Assembly: GCF_009834535.1 (NCBI RefSeq)
Contig: NC_045707.1
Coordinates: 60,142,001-60,206,000 of the forward strand
Length of the DNA: 64,000 bases
DNA from: Camelus ferus
Lineage: Eukaryota
Direction of reading: 5' to 3'
Shown piece after piece: positions 51,894 to 64,000 of this stretch (within the stretch, counting starts at the first letter, position 1; every line of letters begins with the position of its first letter). The notes beneath the pieces are model-generated. The model searched no databases and was not told where the DNA came from. It worked only from the letters and a program-made list of their open reading frames with translations. A program made the translations under genes and the position numbers.

Positions 51894-52789
51894 GAAAAGC
51901 TTAGACTGTGAAAGTAAGATTCCACGATTCTATGGCTGGGGAGTCACTGCCCACTTTGCAATGGCCACCGTGGAGAAGAGAGTGGGGATCAAGGGCTCAA
52001 GTTCTTCTGATAAACAAAGGAGAGGGAAGCTGTGTTCGGGGTCCATCTCTGTGCTGTTTCTACCTCTGATAATGAAGTTTCCTGCTATCAAGTGTGAGAG
52101 GACACATGCTATTCATTAATAGAAGCAGCACCAGAGATAGAAAAATTGCTGGTAAAATAGTCAACAACACTTCAATCAGTTCTGAGTCGTGCCTGTGACA
52201 TTTTGTTTCATTTGGCATTTCTATCAGTGAGCTTATTAGAAACAGACATTTGTTTTTAAGAGACATCAGGGAATTCAGAAATGCTTAGAGGTTTTCTAAA
52301 TGATGATTCATATAAATTGAGTATCACATATGTTTTATGGTCTCATTTACTATGTGTGTACACACACATAAGCACGCAGAGACACACAAAGAGAGATCGT
52401 ATTTAAAGACAGGAGTTACGTTTTTAATTCCCCCTTAGGTTCTAAATTCCTCAAAGGCAGTGAGTGTCCACAGTTTAATGCACTTACTGAGGAACCAATA
52501 TTCATTAATAAAAAGAAAACTTCTAAAATCTGATATTCATTTTATACTGCAGACACATTGTATTATCCAGGTCTTTATGTAACTTCTTATGTTCATACTC
52601 AGTATAATGTTTCGTGTTTCCTTAAATATCTGAGGAAGCCAAAAGAAGGATGATGCTAAGAAAAATGTAAATATAAATAAAGCAAAAATGTACTTCTTTG
52701 CATAACTTGAAGCTTTGTTTTGTTATCAGTCTGCCATTCCTTACTTTGATGTGATTTTCTTTAAGCATTTTATATATTTATTATTGCAT

Positions 52790-52924
52790 TATTTAATTTT
52801 TATTTTGGCAGGGGGAGGGAGGAGGTAATCAGGTTTGTTTATTTTTAGAGGAGATACTGGGGATTAAGCCCAGGACCTCAGGCATGCTAAGTGTGTGCTC
52901 TACCACTTGAGCTATACCCTCCCC
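52790..52924 (-). mobile_element. tRNA-Ala-derived SINE, camelid Vic-1-like
   Basis: Reverse complement reads ggggagggtatagctcaagtggtagagcacacacttagcatgcctgaggtcctgggcttaatccccagtatctcc...aaacctgattacctcc; same family as 45416. Confidence 0.88.
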
Positions 52925-53749
52925 TGATTGTGATATTGTTTGGGAATATAAATTTCCTTAGCTCTTCCTTTCCTTGCCAAAATGCCACCAATGCCCAGCT
53001 TCATTCTTCATCCTTTTGCCTTTCTATGAGTATAAAAAATAGGCTGAAGCATCTTTTTTTAGAGCGAAAAAAGTTTTCACACTTGCATAACTCATGCAGT
53101 TGAAATGGCCTGAAATCAACAGTCCCCAGAAAAGTATCTTTGAAAAGACACTGAGGCTGAAAATCAGTAACTGCAAAGAACTACTTTGAAAAAAAAAAGA
53201 GTAAGGAAAAGCTACTGTGAAACTGTACAGGAGAGATAAAAATATCTAGAATGAGAAGACATTCACTTTGGAAACTTTCTTTAGGGTTTTCAAAATTTTA
53301 TATATCTGAGGGTTTTTTTTTTTTTTTTAATCCCTTGAAGTTTTCCTGCGATTACAGATGTTTGAAGTTCCCAAACTGGCTTTGCAATTCTTGGTAGGAA
53401 AATTAGATTTCCAGAATAGCTTTCTCACTGAATAAAATATTAGTATAATTACTTGGTTGGCCTAAGAAATGAGCAAGAATTGAGCCTGTCTAAGTCCCCC
53501 ACTAAAGGTAAAGGGAGGGTGTGAAGACAGGAGCAAAATGAACAGTAAAGGAAGAGCCACGTACATTGGGTCTGGAGGAGTAGGGAGAATAAACAGGTGG
53601 GCAGCAGGCAGTGGAGGGGGGCAAGGGAGAGAAGACAATTTGGGGAGAGAGTCAGAAATTTGAGAGAGGGTTTTCTCTGTAGGAAAGAGACTGGAGCCCT
53701 GAGAAGTCAGAACTTAGCCCTCTGTCTCTCTCACATACACATCCTCATT

Positions 53750-53798
53750 CTTTCTATTTCTCTCTCTGTTTCCTCTGTGTCTATGTCTGTCTCTCTCA

Positions 53799-53869
<71 letters not shown>

Positions 53870-53872
53870 ACA
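53750..53872. repeat. Compound (TC)n(CA)n microsatellite
   Basis: ctctctctctctctca followed by an uninterrupted CA run of about 16 units. Confidence 0.95.
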
Positions 53873-56294
53873 AGTGAGGCCATGGAAGGACCCTGCCCCA
53901 CTATCCCTGTAGGATCTGGTCTAGAACAAGGAAAGCCTGTAGTGTCCGTGTGTGGGCAGATAAGGGGAGACCTTGTGTAACCGAATGTTCCCAAGAAAAC
54001 ACGATTGCTGACAGGCTCCTGGGAGCCCCTGGGACAAGGCCAAGCCATGTCACGGTCTGCATTTGGCAGTTATCTCCCCTAGATTCCCACACAACCCTTT
54101 CAAGACTTGTGGGAATTTCAGTTTCCCTGTTTCCCTCTCTGCCCCATCTGGAAAATACTGCAAACGGCTGTGTTCACTTCCTCTGGCCCATCTTATCCTG
54201 GGGCTGGGCTAGGTTTTGTTGTTCTATCCTTTTATGCAGGCCTGTGAGGTATGTCCTCTCCTCTGCCTCCTTCCCTCTGCTAGAAGTTGTTTACAACACA
54301 GAACCTCCTTTCCCCTTTTATCCTCTCCATCAAAAACAACTTCATTGCCTGTATTGCCTAAGGTCTTATGATGTCAATGAAACTCTGAGTTCTCACCCAC
54401 CAGGGTCTAGTATACGTTGAGTGAGCTCAGGTATGCATACAAACCAAGGTGATCTTCAATTGCTTGAACCAATCTAAAGTGATGATTTGTCCTTGGAGCT
54501 TGGAGGATACCAGAGTGGTCTGGGCTGGGGTGCATCGGTGAGGACCTTTAGCTGAAAAAAAATTCTGCCTAACTTAAACATAAAAAAATGTACTCGAAGA
54601 ATATGAGGATAGAATTGATACATTCCCAGAGTCGACAGAAGGTCAGAGGAACAAGGCTCTGTCCCGGACAGGAAAGAGAGTTTAGAGGCGCTAAGAAAGA
54701 AAAATCTCAACAGTAGCCTCGTATTAGGGACATCCACATCATCATGAGTGAGCACCAATGACCACTCTTGTTTGATTCAATTAGTTAAGATTCAAAGGGC
54801 CAGTGAAGACCTGATGAGCTGAACAAAGGTTATATGCCTTTTCCTGAACAAACAAGGATGAGGAGAGAGTCTTTAGCCCCATCGAGCTCCAGAGTAAAAG
54901 GTACAAATCTATATTTCCCCACCCTGCAAAACTACATGCACAGGAGAGAGATGATTCCCCAAAATAAAACTCTGATGCAGTTGAGAGCTATGAAGGAATG
55001 CTGAGCAGCTCAAAGCTACAGAGGTACAAAACAGAGACCTCTTTCACCTTTCACCTACAGGTTCCCATTTCCTGAGGTTGTATAGTGTTGGTACGTGGCA
55101 GGCGTTTAATAAGTATTTGTTGAATTAGTGGAACACTCCTGTCTCCTAGAGGTCCTGATGAAGGGTGGTCCCCAGTCAGATTATCCAAGTGGCTGTCAAT
55201 TTTCAGGATAAATCTTTCCTGGAGCCCCAGTCTGGGGCTATGCCCAACCAATCCCTGAGGCAGGAAGATATGAGGTAAGATGTGGGCTAAATGAAAAACT
55301 GGAAATGATGGGGATCAAGGCAAAAATACCTGTTTCTTTCTCTCTATTTCTTTTTAACTGCTTATCTGATCCTACTTTTATTACTTGCCTTTAAGGCAGA
55401 ACAGAGTCTTCTTGTTATCTGCTGTGGACTATTGTAATATCACAGATATTAGAAAAAGATCATAGTACAATTAGCCCTGAAGAATTGTCAAGAATTATTC
55501 ACATGCTCAAAACATCCATTGTTGAGATTCAATTTGTTTGGCCATTACAGTGTGTTTCCTTTAGGGTCTTTCAAAAAATAATCTTCTTTTCTTTCTGTTT
55601 GTTGGGACAAAGAGCTATCATTGGGAAAACGAAGCTACTTTACAGCAAGCTCTTGTAGATCTATCATTTAAGGAATACTACATACCCTTCATCATTTCCA
55701 TGGTATCTTTCTACTATTTGCTGGACAATCACTCAAATATATTTTGGAATATAACTTTTTATGTAAGAATAGTTTTAACTAAAGAAGACCTTCCTAATTT
55801 TGTGGCTAGCTGTGCCACTGAATAAAAGGTATCCCTTTATTCTCTCACAAAAACTGATTACAATCATTAGTAAGTATTATTTTCATGTTCTTTTTCCTAT
55901 CACTATTTCTACAAATGTTGAAACAAATAGTTGAAGGAAATGTTGTCAATAAGAATCAATACCGGGCAACTTCGATTCCTAAACAATGCTAGAATAACCA
56001 TTAATGATGGGTGAGAAAGCAAAAGTGGAAAATGCAGTTATAATCATTGTATTTTATTTTTAATAATAATAAATGTTTAATTCTAATAATTTAGAGGGTT
56101 ATTTTCACATTAACTAGGATCAAAATTGACCCATGGATGCTATAATCAACTGATAAAAATAAAGACTATAAACTGGAAACCTGATTTCAAAATATATTTT
56201 TGGTTCCAGAGAATATAATGTCACCTTATGGATATTTACACTCTGCCTCCTTCAGAACTAAATTCATCTGGTCACTCAGGAATTCCAATCCTTG

Positions 56295-56480
56295 TTGTAA
56301 TTCAGCTCAACAAGATTTACTGAGTGAAAGTTTGGAGTTGGGTGCTTTGTTAGGAAGAACAAGACATACAAAAGAGAGTAAGATAAATTCCCTGCCCACC
56401 CACCAAGAGCTTATAGTCTGATAGGGTGGGAGAGGCAAGAACAAGGATGCAAGGCCGAAGGATAAGTGTCAGAGTGAGGT
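56295..56480 (-). mobile_element. L2 3' end
   Basis: ttcagctcaacaagatttactgagtg...ccctgcccacccaccaagagcttatagtctgataggg. Confidence 0.7.
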
Positions 56481-56498
56481 ACAAAGTTCTGTCTTCAA

Positions 56499-56623
56499 GA
56501 GGAGACTGCCAAGATGGCAGAGCAGAAGGACACATAGCTCTCTCCCTCCCATGAATACACCAAAAACTACATCTACATGTGGAACAGTTCTCACAGAATA
56601 CCTACTAAACTGGCAGAATACCT
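56499..56623 (+). mobile_element. Isolated L1 5' terminus (first ~125 bp of the 5'UTR) flanked by a TSD
   Basis: gaggagactgccaagatggcagagcagaaggac...tacatctacatgtggaacagttctcacagaa with YY1-type CAAGATGGC; 19-bp direct repeat, 1 mismatch (56480-56498 / 56624-56642). Confidence 0.8.
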
Positions 56624-57339
56624 TACAAAATTCTGTCTTCAACTATCTAAAGGACAATTCTGTGGAGAAGGAGAGACTATGTTTTCAAAATTGCCCAGTC
56701 AGTCACAACATATATAAACCCACTCATTGGCCAGTTGCCTGGGAAATGCCTGTACTGTAGGAGCAATTTGGACATGGCCCCTGGGAAACTACTGGTTTCA
56801 GATCTCTGTAAAGTTGAGGAAAATAATGCTTACAATCTCTTTATTTTACAGGTGTATTCGGTGGATGGATTGTATGATATTTTTAAAGCTGCAACTTTCA
56901 GGAGGACATCATAAAAATGCAATTTGATTAGTCAATCTAACACTTTAGGGTACATAAAAATGTTACGAGTGCTTCCACACATTTCGTTGTATTAGTCATT
57001 GTAGGGTTGAAATTACCACCTTATATTCTCCAGAAACTCTATAAAGAACATTATAACCTTAAATAAAAAAGGGATTGTCTCAGGTACAGAAGCAAAATGA
57101 GCAGAATTGGCAGTACAAATGAAGACAGACCCATGCCCTGCATGGCCTCTGGTCCCCTCCAGTTGCAGAAAAGGAAGATTAGTCTGAAGAATCACTACAG
57201 GTCTTAGAAATAAAGGCTATTAAATCTTAGTCATCATAGTACATACATTTTGATTGAAAGAGTTGGTATAAAGTTATGGCAAAAGCTCAAGAGTTAGTTG
57301 AAAGTTGGTATGTAAAAGTTGATTGACAATCTTGGGAAG

Positions 57340-57990
57340 AACATGATACAAAAATAAAATCAAAGATTTAAGAAGAGATTAGGATAACATAGGGGGCATG
57401 ACAGTCATCTTTCAAATATATAAATGGCAGTCATGATTCCAGAAGTCAGCACTTGGACAAAAAGTATGTGTAGTGATAAAGTGATGTAACTTTGACTGAC
57501 TAGAAGAAAACGTTCTAATCATTGTAACTTTACAAAATTAGAGTGAGCTATCTTAGAATATAAAAGCTTTCCATCACTGGCAATGCTCAAACTGAGACTT
57601 AACAACCACATAGTAATAATAATAATAATAGTAAGAAGAAGAAGAAGCCAAACCATTTGTTGAGTTCCTCACCATGCACTAGACTCCATCTTAGAGGCTT
57701 TACACACATTAGCTCATGCAGTCCTCACAACACTATGTGCAATATTATCATTTCCATTTTAGAGAAAAGAACATGGGGCATGGAGGATATAAGCAACTTT
57801 CCCAAAGTCACACAGGTAGTAAGTAGCTAACCAGGGGTTTAAGTTGGATTCTGACTCCTACGTCTATCATATCATACTTTTCTTTCATCAAGGATGTTGT
57901 GTAAAAGATTTAAGCAGGTTTTCATTTTAATTCTCAGGGACAGGAAAATCAATGATCTGTTGTTGTGTATCTTCCAGACTTGCAGATTCT
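57340..57990 (+). mobile_element. L3/CR1 3' fragment interrupted by a MIR
   Basis: ggggcatgacagtcatctttcaaatat...ccatcactggcaatgctcaaactgagacttaacaaccac; tail resumes ~57885 and ends ...agattctg. Confidence 0.65.
57613..57880 (-). mobile_element. MIR SINE with (TAA)n/(GAA)n tail
   Basis: catttgttgagttcc...gtcctcacaacact...aactttcccaaagtcacacaggtagtaagt. Confidence 0.85.
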
Positions 57991-58589
57991 GCTTAACAAA
58001 TATGAGGCAAAGACAGATTAAATGACATGTGAATGTTATCAAGTTCTAGTTACTGCTAGAACTTTGTCTAGCACCTATTTCCTAGGTCTCAGCCAGTTCA
58101 GTGCTCTTATCACAATTATTATTCTGTCTTCCAAGTATGGATCTGGCTGTAGGGAGAAGGAAAGAGTGAATAAATAACATGGAAAAATTATCTTGGACTA
58201 ATGCTGAGAACAAACAAAACTGGAAAGGATAATTGTCCCTCAAATGATAGGACAACCTATAAAGAAAAAAGAACACAGATCCATGATTCAAAAGTATTTG
58301 AGAGCGTTCCTTAAGGTTTGTGAAGAGTTGAAATGCTGAAAGTGAAAGATATGTTTGCTAGGTCCAACACACGTTCAACGTCTCTTTGAATAATAAGAAA
58401 ACTTGAATGGTAAGGGTAATACAACCATTCTCCCCTGGACTTATTAAACTCTTCATTATGTGATCTGACTTATACTCAGCATTTCTTATTTCTTTTCATG
58501 CTTGATTTGAGGTTAAAGTACTTTTTTCTACTGTTTTTTTTTTCATCAAATCTTCATAATAACTCTTTTAGAACATAAGAAATACGTTA

Positions 58590-58720
58590 TTAGCCTGTGT
58601 GTATTTTATAAGTAAGGAAACTGGGGCCCATGAAGATGATTTAAATGAGTCAGAGTCACATAGCTGGTGCATGACCCAGCTGAGATCAGGTGGTTGTGTC
58701 AATTCACAGAGCAATGACGC
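58590..58720 (-). mobile_element. MIR fragment
   Basis: ttttataagtaaggaaactgggg...agtcacatagctggt. Confidence 0.6.
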
Positions 58721-60084
58721 CACACTGACTTTGTAGACTATAGGATAGGATAATGCAGAGGACTTCAAAAGCATGTGCAATAAACATATACATGTCTTAC
58801 ATTACATTTCCTTTATATGCTATTTTATTTTTCAAAAGAGAGACTCTGGCTTAGAGTATTATAAATATCATATTTGCCTAATCCATCCAGGTAGCATTTG
58901 CATGCCTCAAATGTCTATCTAGCTAAGGTAACTTGATAAAAAAGTAAAAAAGACCTTTGTGGAAAATTATATATCTAAATTAACTCAGGTGATCATTTGT
59001 AAAAAGAAAAGACTGCTAGATAAAAGCACTAAGTAGACTACATTCACAAGAAAAGAGGAAGAGACATATTTTAACAGAATTCAATGGCATGGCCCAGTGG
59101 AACATGATTTTTAATTTAGTGTTTTATTTTGTTTATCAATATTCATTTTTTCCATATGCCAATAATTAAGAGTGAAGAAAGTGATTTTCTGAAGGGTAAT
59201 GAGGTAGACATTGTGTAAGCCAGTAGACCACCAAACGTTTAAAGAACTTAGGGCTCATTCACTGTTTAATAGATTTAACAGTGAATGAGCATCAAGAAGG
59301 CTAATATTGAGGGTCTGAAAAGCTCTCATCATTTTTTGACTGAGTTCAAGGAATCCAGACTCCCTAGTAAGTCAGAAAGGTAAGGAAAGGAAAAACTGGC
59401 TTATATCAATTGGAGATGGTAGGTTAAAACTCTCTCTTTTCAACCTATTTTATTATTTGAGTAACAACACCAGAGGGACAGTCTCCTCTCCCACTTTGAA
59501 TTGCTAAAGCCAGCATGCTGAAAAGAAGGGAACATCGTTGGATTATTTCTTTTATCAACAGAAAATACACTTCTTGGTTATAAAAACGAGAGACCACAAA
59601 GACTAGCGTCCAGAGCAAAATCATGGGGAAAAAAAAATTCTGCTTCCATGCCAAAAAAAAAAATAAGTTTATAAAACAATTTGTAAATAAAAAAACCACA
59701 CGAAAATTTTAAATGTAGGTAACAGATTGCTGGAGTTTATAGGCTAATTCTAATATGTTTGATACTTGCTTTCTTGAGGGTAAGAAGGTGATGGAATATA
59801 ATGAACAACCTTGGGACATTCTAACCAACAGTGTTAAGGCAGAGTTTCCAAGGTAACAGCACAATACATGTTCTAAAAAACTGGATTAAACCAGTAGGGA
59901 AGAGGTAATTTAAAATGAAATGGTGCCAAGGAAAGATACTACTTGACATGGTCATAATTGTATATAGAGCCCACTACCCTTCAAAATAAAATACTCCAAG
60001 AAGAAAATTTATAAAACCTAACAACAAAACAACATATGTAGATCCTGGAAGCATCCATTGGGCTCAGAGGCAAGAAGTTTAAAG

Positions 60085-60220
60085 TGTAGACATTTTCCCT
60101 GTTTAAAGATGACTAAACGAAAGCCCCCTGGGGTTAAGTAATTTTCCCAACGTTATGCAACTGACAAGTGGTAAACATCATTTGACCTAGTTCTTAGGTC
60201 CAGTGTCTGTACTCTTCCCA
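60085..60220 (-). mobile_element. MIR fragment
   Basis: gggttaagtaattttcccaacgttatgcaactgacaagtggt. Confidence 0.55.
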
Positions 60221-60349
60221 CCAAGATGCCTACACCCAGACCGGGGCTAAAATATGTCAGGGGCCAAGTGGGCACCCAAGGGAATGGAAATCCCCCTATT
60301 TGTTTCAATAGCTGCAGCTCAGGGTCAACAATTCTGTTTAGAGCTTCTT

Positions 60350-60730
60350 TGCCAATGCTGCTGTGGTTGGGTATTTAGATCCAGCAGCTCAGGAGAAGGG
60401 TCTGGGCTCTAGAAACAGACTTGCAAGTCATACACCTCTAAATGGTGCTTGAAGCCATGGGTTTTGGAAGTACCAGAGATCATTAAAAAGCGAGACAACC
60501 CAAGAGCTAACACAGTTCTGGGAAGTATGGATAATTAAGAGTTTCAAAGAGGGAGAACCCCCAAGGTGGGGAAAAAAAAAAAAACTTCACTTTCAGGAAG
60601 AAAACCAAAAAGGAAAGAATTGAATGATAAAAGGAAATTCAGGAAAAAGTAGTTTTATGGAAGTCCAGTGAGGAGACAATTTCAAAAAAGAAGGAATGGT
60701 CAACTCTGTAAAAAATTCTATAAAGGCTCG
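60350..60730 (-). mobile_element. L2 fragment
   Basis: ctcaggagaagggtctgggctctagaaacagacttgcaagtcat...tgaagccatggg. Confidence 0.6.
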
Positions 60731-61136
60731 GTATTATTGGACAGTTTTCATAGGGTATACAGTGTTTATAGGACAAAACCCAACCTCAGAAACATTTCTA
60801 AACCTAAAAAAAAAGAAGACCTCTAGACTCTTCAGATAAGACTCTACCCAGGGTAGAAGAGACCTTATGGAATGGCTTTTTCATCCTGATGTTTATGAAA
60901 AAAAATCACCCCCCTATAATATCTGTGGATCAGAAATGAGATCACATGGGTCTCATTCAGCTGTCGTACATCATATAATTAATTCAAGAATCCCAATCCT
61001 CCTCGAAATTTCTTTCCTCAATCACTAGTTTACAACCCTCCTGAGGTGTCTCCCCTGCATTCCTCAAAGCCATCCTTTCACCTCCCCTGCAGCTCTTTGC
61101 TTCCTCCCTTGCTCCTCACTTCTACGGTGTTGTCTG

Positions 61137-61360
61137 ATAATAATAATAATAGTAACAGTAATAGTAATAACAACTCAACTCCCATTTACTGTGCACTGAC
61201 TATATGCCAAGTACTTCACATGCCTGATTTTCAGTCCTCAGAACAACAGGCTCAGAGAGGTGAAGGAAGTTGCCCAAGGCTATCCATAAGGAAGGAGCAC
61301 TGCCAGGATTCCCACTCAGTCTGTCTGGCACCCCAGCCTGCCTCTCTACCGCTGCACCAT
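61137..61360 (-). mobile_element. MIR SINE with (TAA)n tail
   Basis: catttactgtgcactgactatatgccaag...ggctcagagaggtgaaggaagttgcccaagg. Confidence 0.8.
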
Positions 61361-62479
61361 ATTTAGAACCCCTGTGAAGGCACTCGACAGCCAACTCTGT
61401 TCCCGGTGGAGGGGATGGCACAGTTTCTGTGAACACTGTGTGCACGGCATCCTTGCTTTAACACCAGAAGACGCTACTGTGTTCTCTTCTAGGTCTAGAC
61501 GGAGGCTAACAAGCTTCCACTGGAAAGGCTACTAGGTTTGCTTCATTCTCAAATAATAACTATAAATAGCACTTTTACATCCACTTGCTGGCACTAATGC
61601 AGACACAGTACCTCATCAAAGACTCCCCCGTCGTTTTATGAAATAAGGCCATAGGAGCCAGCCCCAGTGGACCCATGAGCTTGTCTAGGCTTGTGTGAGT
61701 CCAAAAGAAAATGCAAACTTAGACCCGAACTAAAACCCATGATGCATAAAAATCTGCTTGAAACCTAGTTTGATGGCTTTAAAATGCTAAGTTGCAAAGA
61801 AACCTGAGCTTTACGAAAGGAACAAAAGGAAGACTAGGGGCTACCATAAACAGAGAATGTAGGTCCTATGCTTGGGACAGTCAGACTGGGAAAAATTGAA
61901 AAGGATCTCTGTTTTTCAGAAAGAAAGGTCTTAAAACGCTGAAATGCTCAAAGGAGATTTGCCTAAGGGGAGGGAAATATGGTTCAAAGGACCAATTTAG
62001 GGTGACCTACAGGTTAAAGGGAAAGATAAACAAAGCTTTATCAACACAAAGCTTCAGCTAATCAGAGTTTATAATTTAAATTGTGAAAATTCCTTTGTTT
62101 TCTCTGATACAAAGAATTAGGTAACCGACTAAGTCTCATTTTCACTTTAGCTACCCGAAAGTTTGGTGCCAAATACGAGTCTTCATCATAGCAACAATAC
62201 TTAACAATGTGGGTCTTTACAAGCTATGTGTTTATTTCTTTTTCACCTTATAGCAAACGGATGTTTACTCTATCCCTAAATTTGTATTTGTTTCCACAGT
62301 TAGCCATTTAACTATATGTAAACTTTGCGGGACAAATTTTCATTGCAGACAAATAATGGTGGATGATTTGTAGGTGACAAACATGTACAGATAGATACAA
62401 AAATGACGACTGAGAGATCGGTGACAAATTGGTACAGAACAGGAAGAAACCTGGCAGGCTTTGGTGACTCATTGTGGGA

Positions 62480-63130
62480 CTATGGGAGATAAAAGAATGA
62501 AAAGAACCAACAATCATTCTGAGTTTCTCTAGGTCTGGTGGCTAGGGAGAAGTTATGTCAATCCACACTAAAAATACATCCGGAGAAGCTGGGAAAGATA
62601 GTGAGTTCCATTTGTACATTTTGAGTTTGCAAGGCTTGGAACTACCCAGGAAGTAGTTAAATATATGAGTCTAAAGCTTAGAGAAATGTTCTAAACTGAA
62701 GATACAGATTTTTTTTTTTTTAAGCAACAGTATAAAGAATGCAGGTTAACTTGAGAATGAAAGTAATCACCCAGGGAGGCATTCCCCTCTTCCTGGATTT
62801 AACTATAATAAGAGTAGAAACCATTCAAGAACAGACTTCTTATAAACACCAGCTTTGAAGGGGAAACTAATATAGGAAATAGGCAAAAGCAAAACGTTCT
62901 GGGTAGAACTAGGAAAGCACAGTGTTTGGAAAAGTAAGAGATCAGGGTGTCAAATGAAGCGAGCGCTCCAGGTAAAAAAATACTGAAAAATGCTAAGAAA
63001 TCTGGGCAGTTAAAAGGTTACTCAGGGCCTTATAAGGAGCCAGCTCAGTGACATGGTGGGAACAGAAGCCACTCTTATGAGAAGTTCAGATAAGAAGAAA
63101 GGGAGATGCAAAGGAGAATTTGAAGGGGAC
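62480..63130 (-). mobile_element. L2 fragment
   Basis: gtgagttccatttgtacattttgagtttg...atatatgagtctaaagcttagagaaatg. Confidence 0.55.
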
Positions 63131-64000
63131 ATGCAAAGCAGGGGAGGACTTATGTTTTACCTTCTGATTGGAAATTTATGTGGAGACTTGTGACACGGGA
63201 TTAGAAAAGGTGGAGGAAGGTAACCAGAAGTTCAGCTGCACATGCTCCCTCATTGTGCAGAGTAAGCAACTGAGAGGTCCCTGTTTGGCCCCCCAAAGGG
63301 TTCACAGAGGTGCTGAGAGAACCAGTGAGTCAGAAGTGGGCCTAGGGTAGGGATGAGCAGAGAATGCAAGGCCCACAGCAATGGAATCTGCAGTGGGTGC
63401 CACTGATTTACATGAATACAGGACACCTTCCCCAAAGAGCCAGGTGTGATCAGCTGTACCCCAGCCAACACCAATGCCTGCGGGAAGATCAGCTTAGCTA
63501 CATTGCATCTAAAACTAGAAGTGGCCCTGGGAAGGCTCTGACCAGGAGCTCCCGCCTCCATGCCAGAAGGTCTGTTAGCATCACCCTGCACTCTGATTCT
63601 CTTGAGAAAGAGGAAAGGAAAGAATTCCTCTTAAGATGATTCAAATGAACATTTGTTCAAATGATGACTTTTGTGACAACACAAAAGATAATTTAAAGTT
63701 TGAAAAAAACCCATACTTCCAAAGGACAAATGTAAGGTTTTCAGGGGTTTGTTTTCTAGTTTTATTTTTCCCACTGTGAGGGCAGTGGAGGTTGTTAGAG
63801 TGCAAGATGAGATCAATTATCAAAAATTTTTAAAAACATTCTAGTGTTTGCACATGTCAAATATAGTGAATATATTTTCACTCTTCTGTGCTTGCAAACA
63901 AAATGTCCTTGCAAATACAGCCAGGAAATGGTAGAATTTGTGTTGGAGAGGATGATAGTGAAAGAGTTGACCATATTTTTAATTAACATGATGGACTAAC

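Noticed and set aside
53597..54420. Overlapping 105-156 aa ORFs
   Set aside because: They run through or next to the TC/CA microsatellite (SLSL, HTHT, VCVC runs) with no recognisable domain or exon structure.
1..64000. A novel multi-gene system (defence island, CRISPR, operon) or host protein-coding gene
   Set aside because: The sequence is repeat-rich mammalian non-coding DNA; all ORFs are short, TE-derived or without recognisable homology. Small real exons cannot be excluded without alignment or RNA data.

Overview
AT-rich, CpG-poor mammalian non-coding DNA (intronic or intergenic). It is most likely from a camelid, because two tRNA-Ala-derived SINEs look like Vic-1 and the young L1 3' ends are of cetartiodactyl type. 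I find no host protein-coding exon, RNA gene, CpG island or prokaryotic system. The window is a layered record of transposable elements: L2, MIR, L3/CR1, old L1M, MaLR/ERVL LTRs, hAT MITEs (MER5A, MER20, MER58B, MER33), Tc2-group elements (MER104, Kanga-like), three Tigger1 copies (one near full length, giving the only meaningful ORF, a decayed transposase) and young L1/SINE insertions. The most unusual items are three atypical L1-machinery products with readable target-site duplications (TSDs): a ~490-bp non-TE, poly(A)-tailed retrocopy inside Tigger1; an L1 3' transduction; and an L1 5'-end-only insertion with no tail. Also noted are a near-perfect 38-bp palindrome and a TE-poor block with a candidate non-coding exon. 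Repeat family and subfamily names come from my recall of consensus sequences, not from a database search, and boundaries of old elements are approximate. I cannot support a claim of a novel biological system here.
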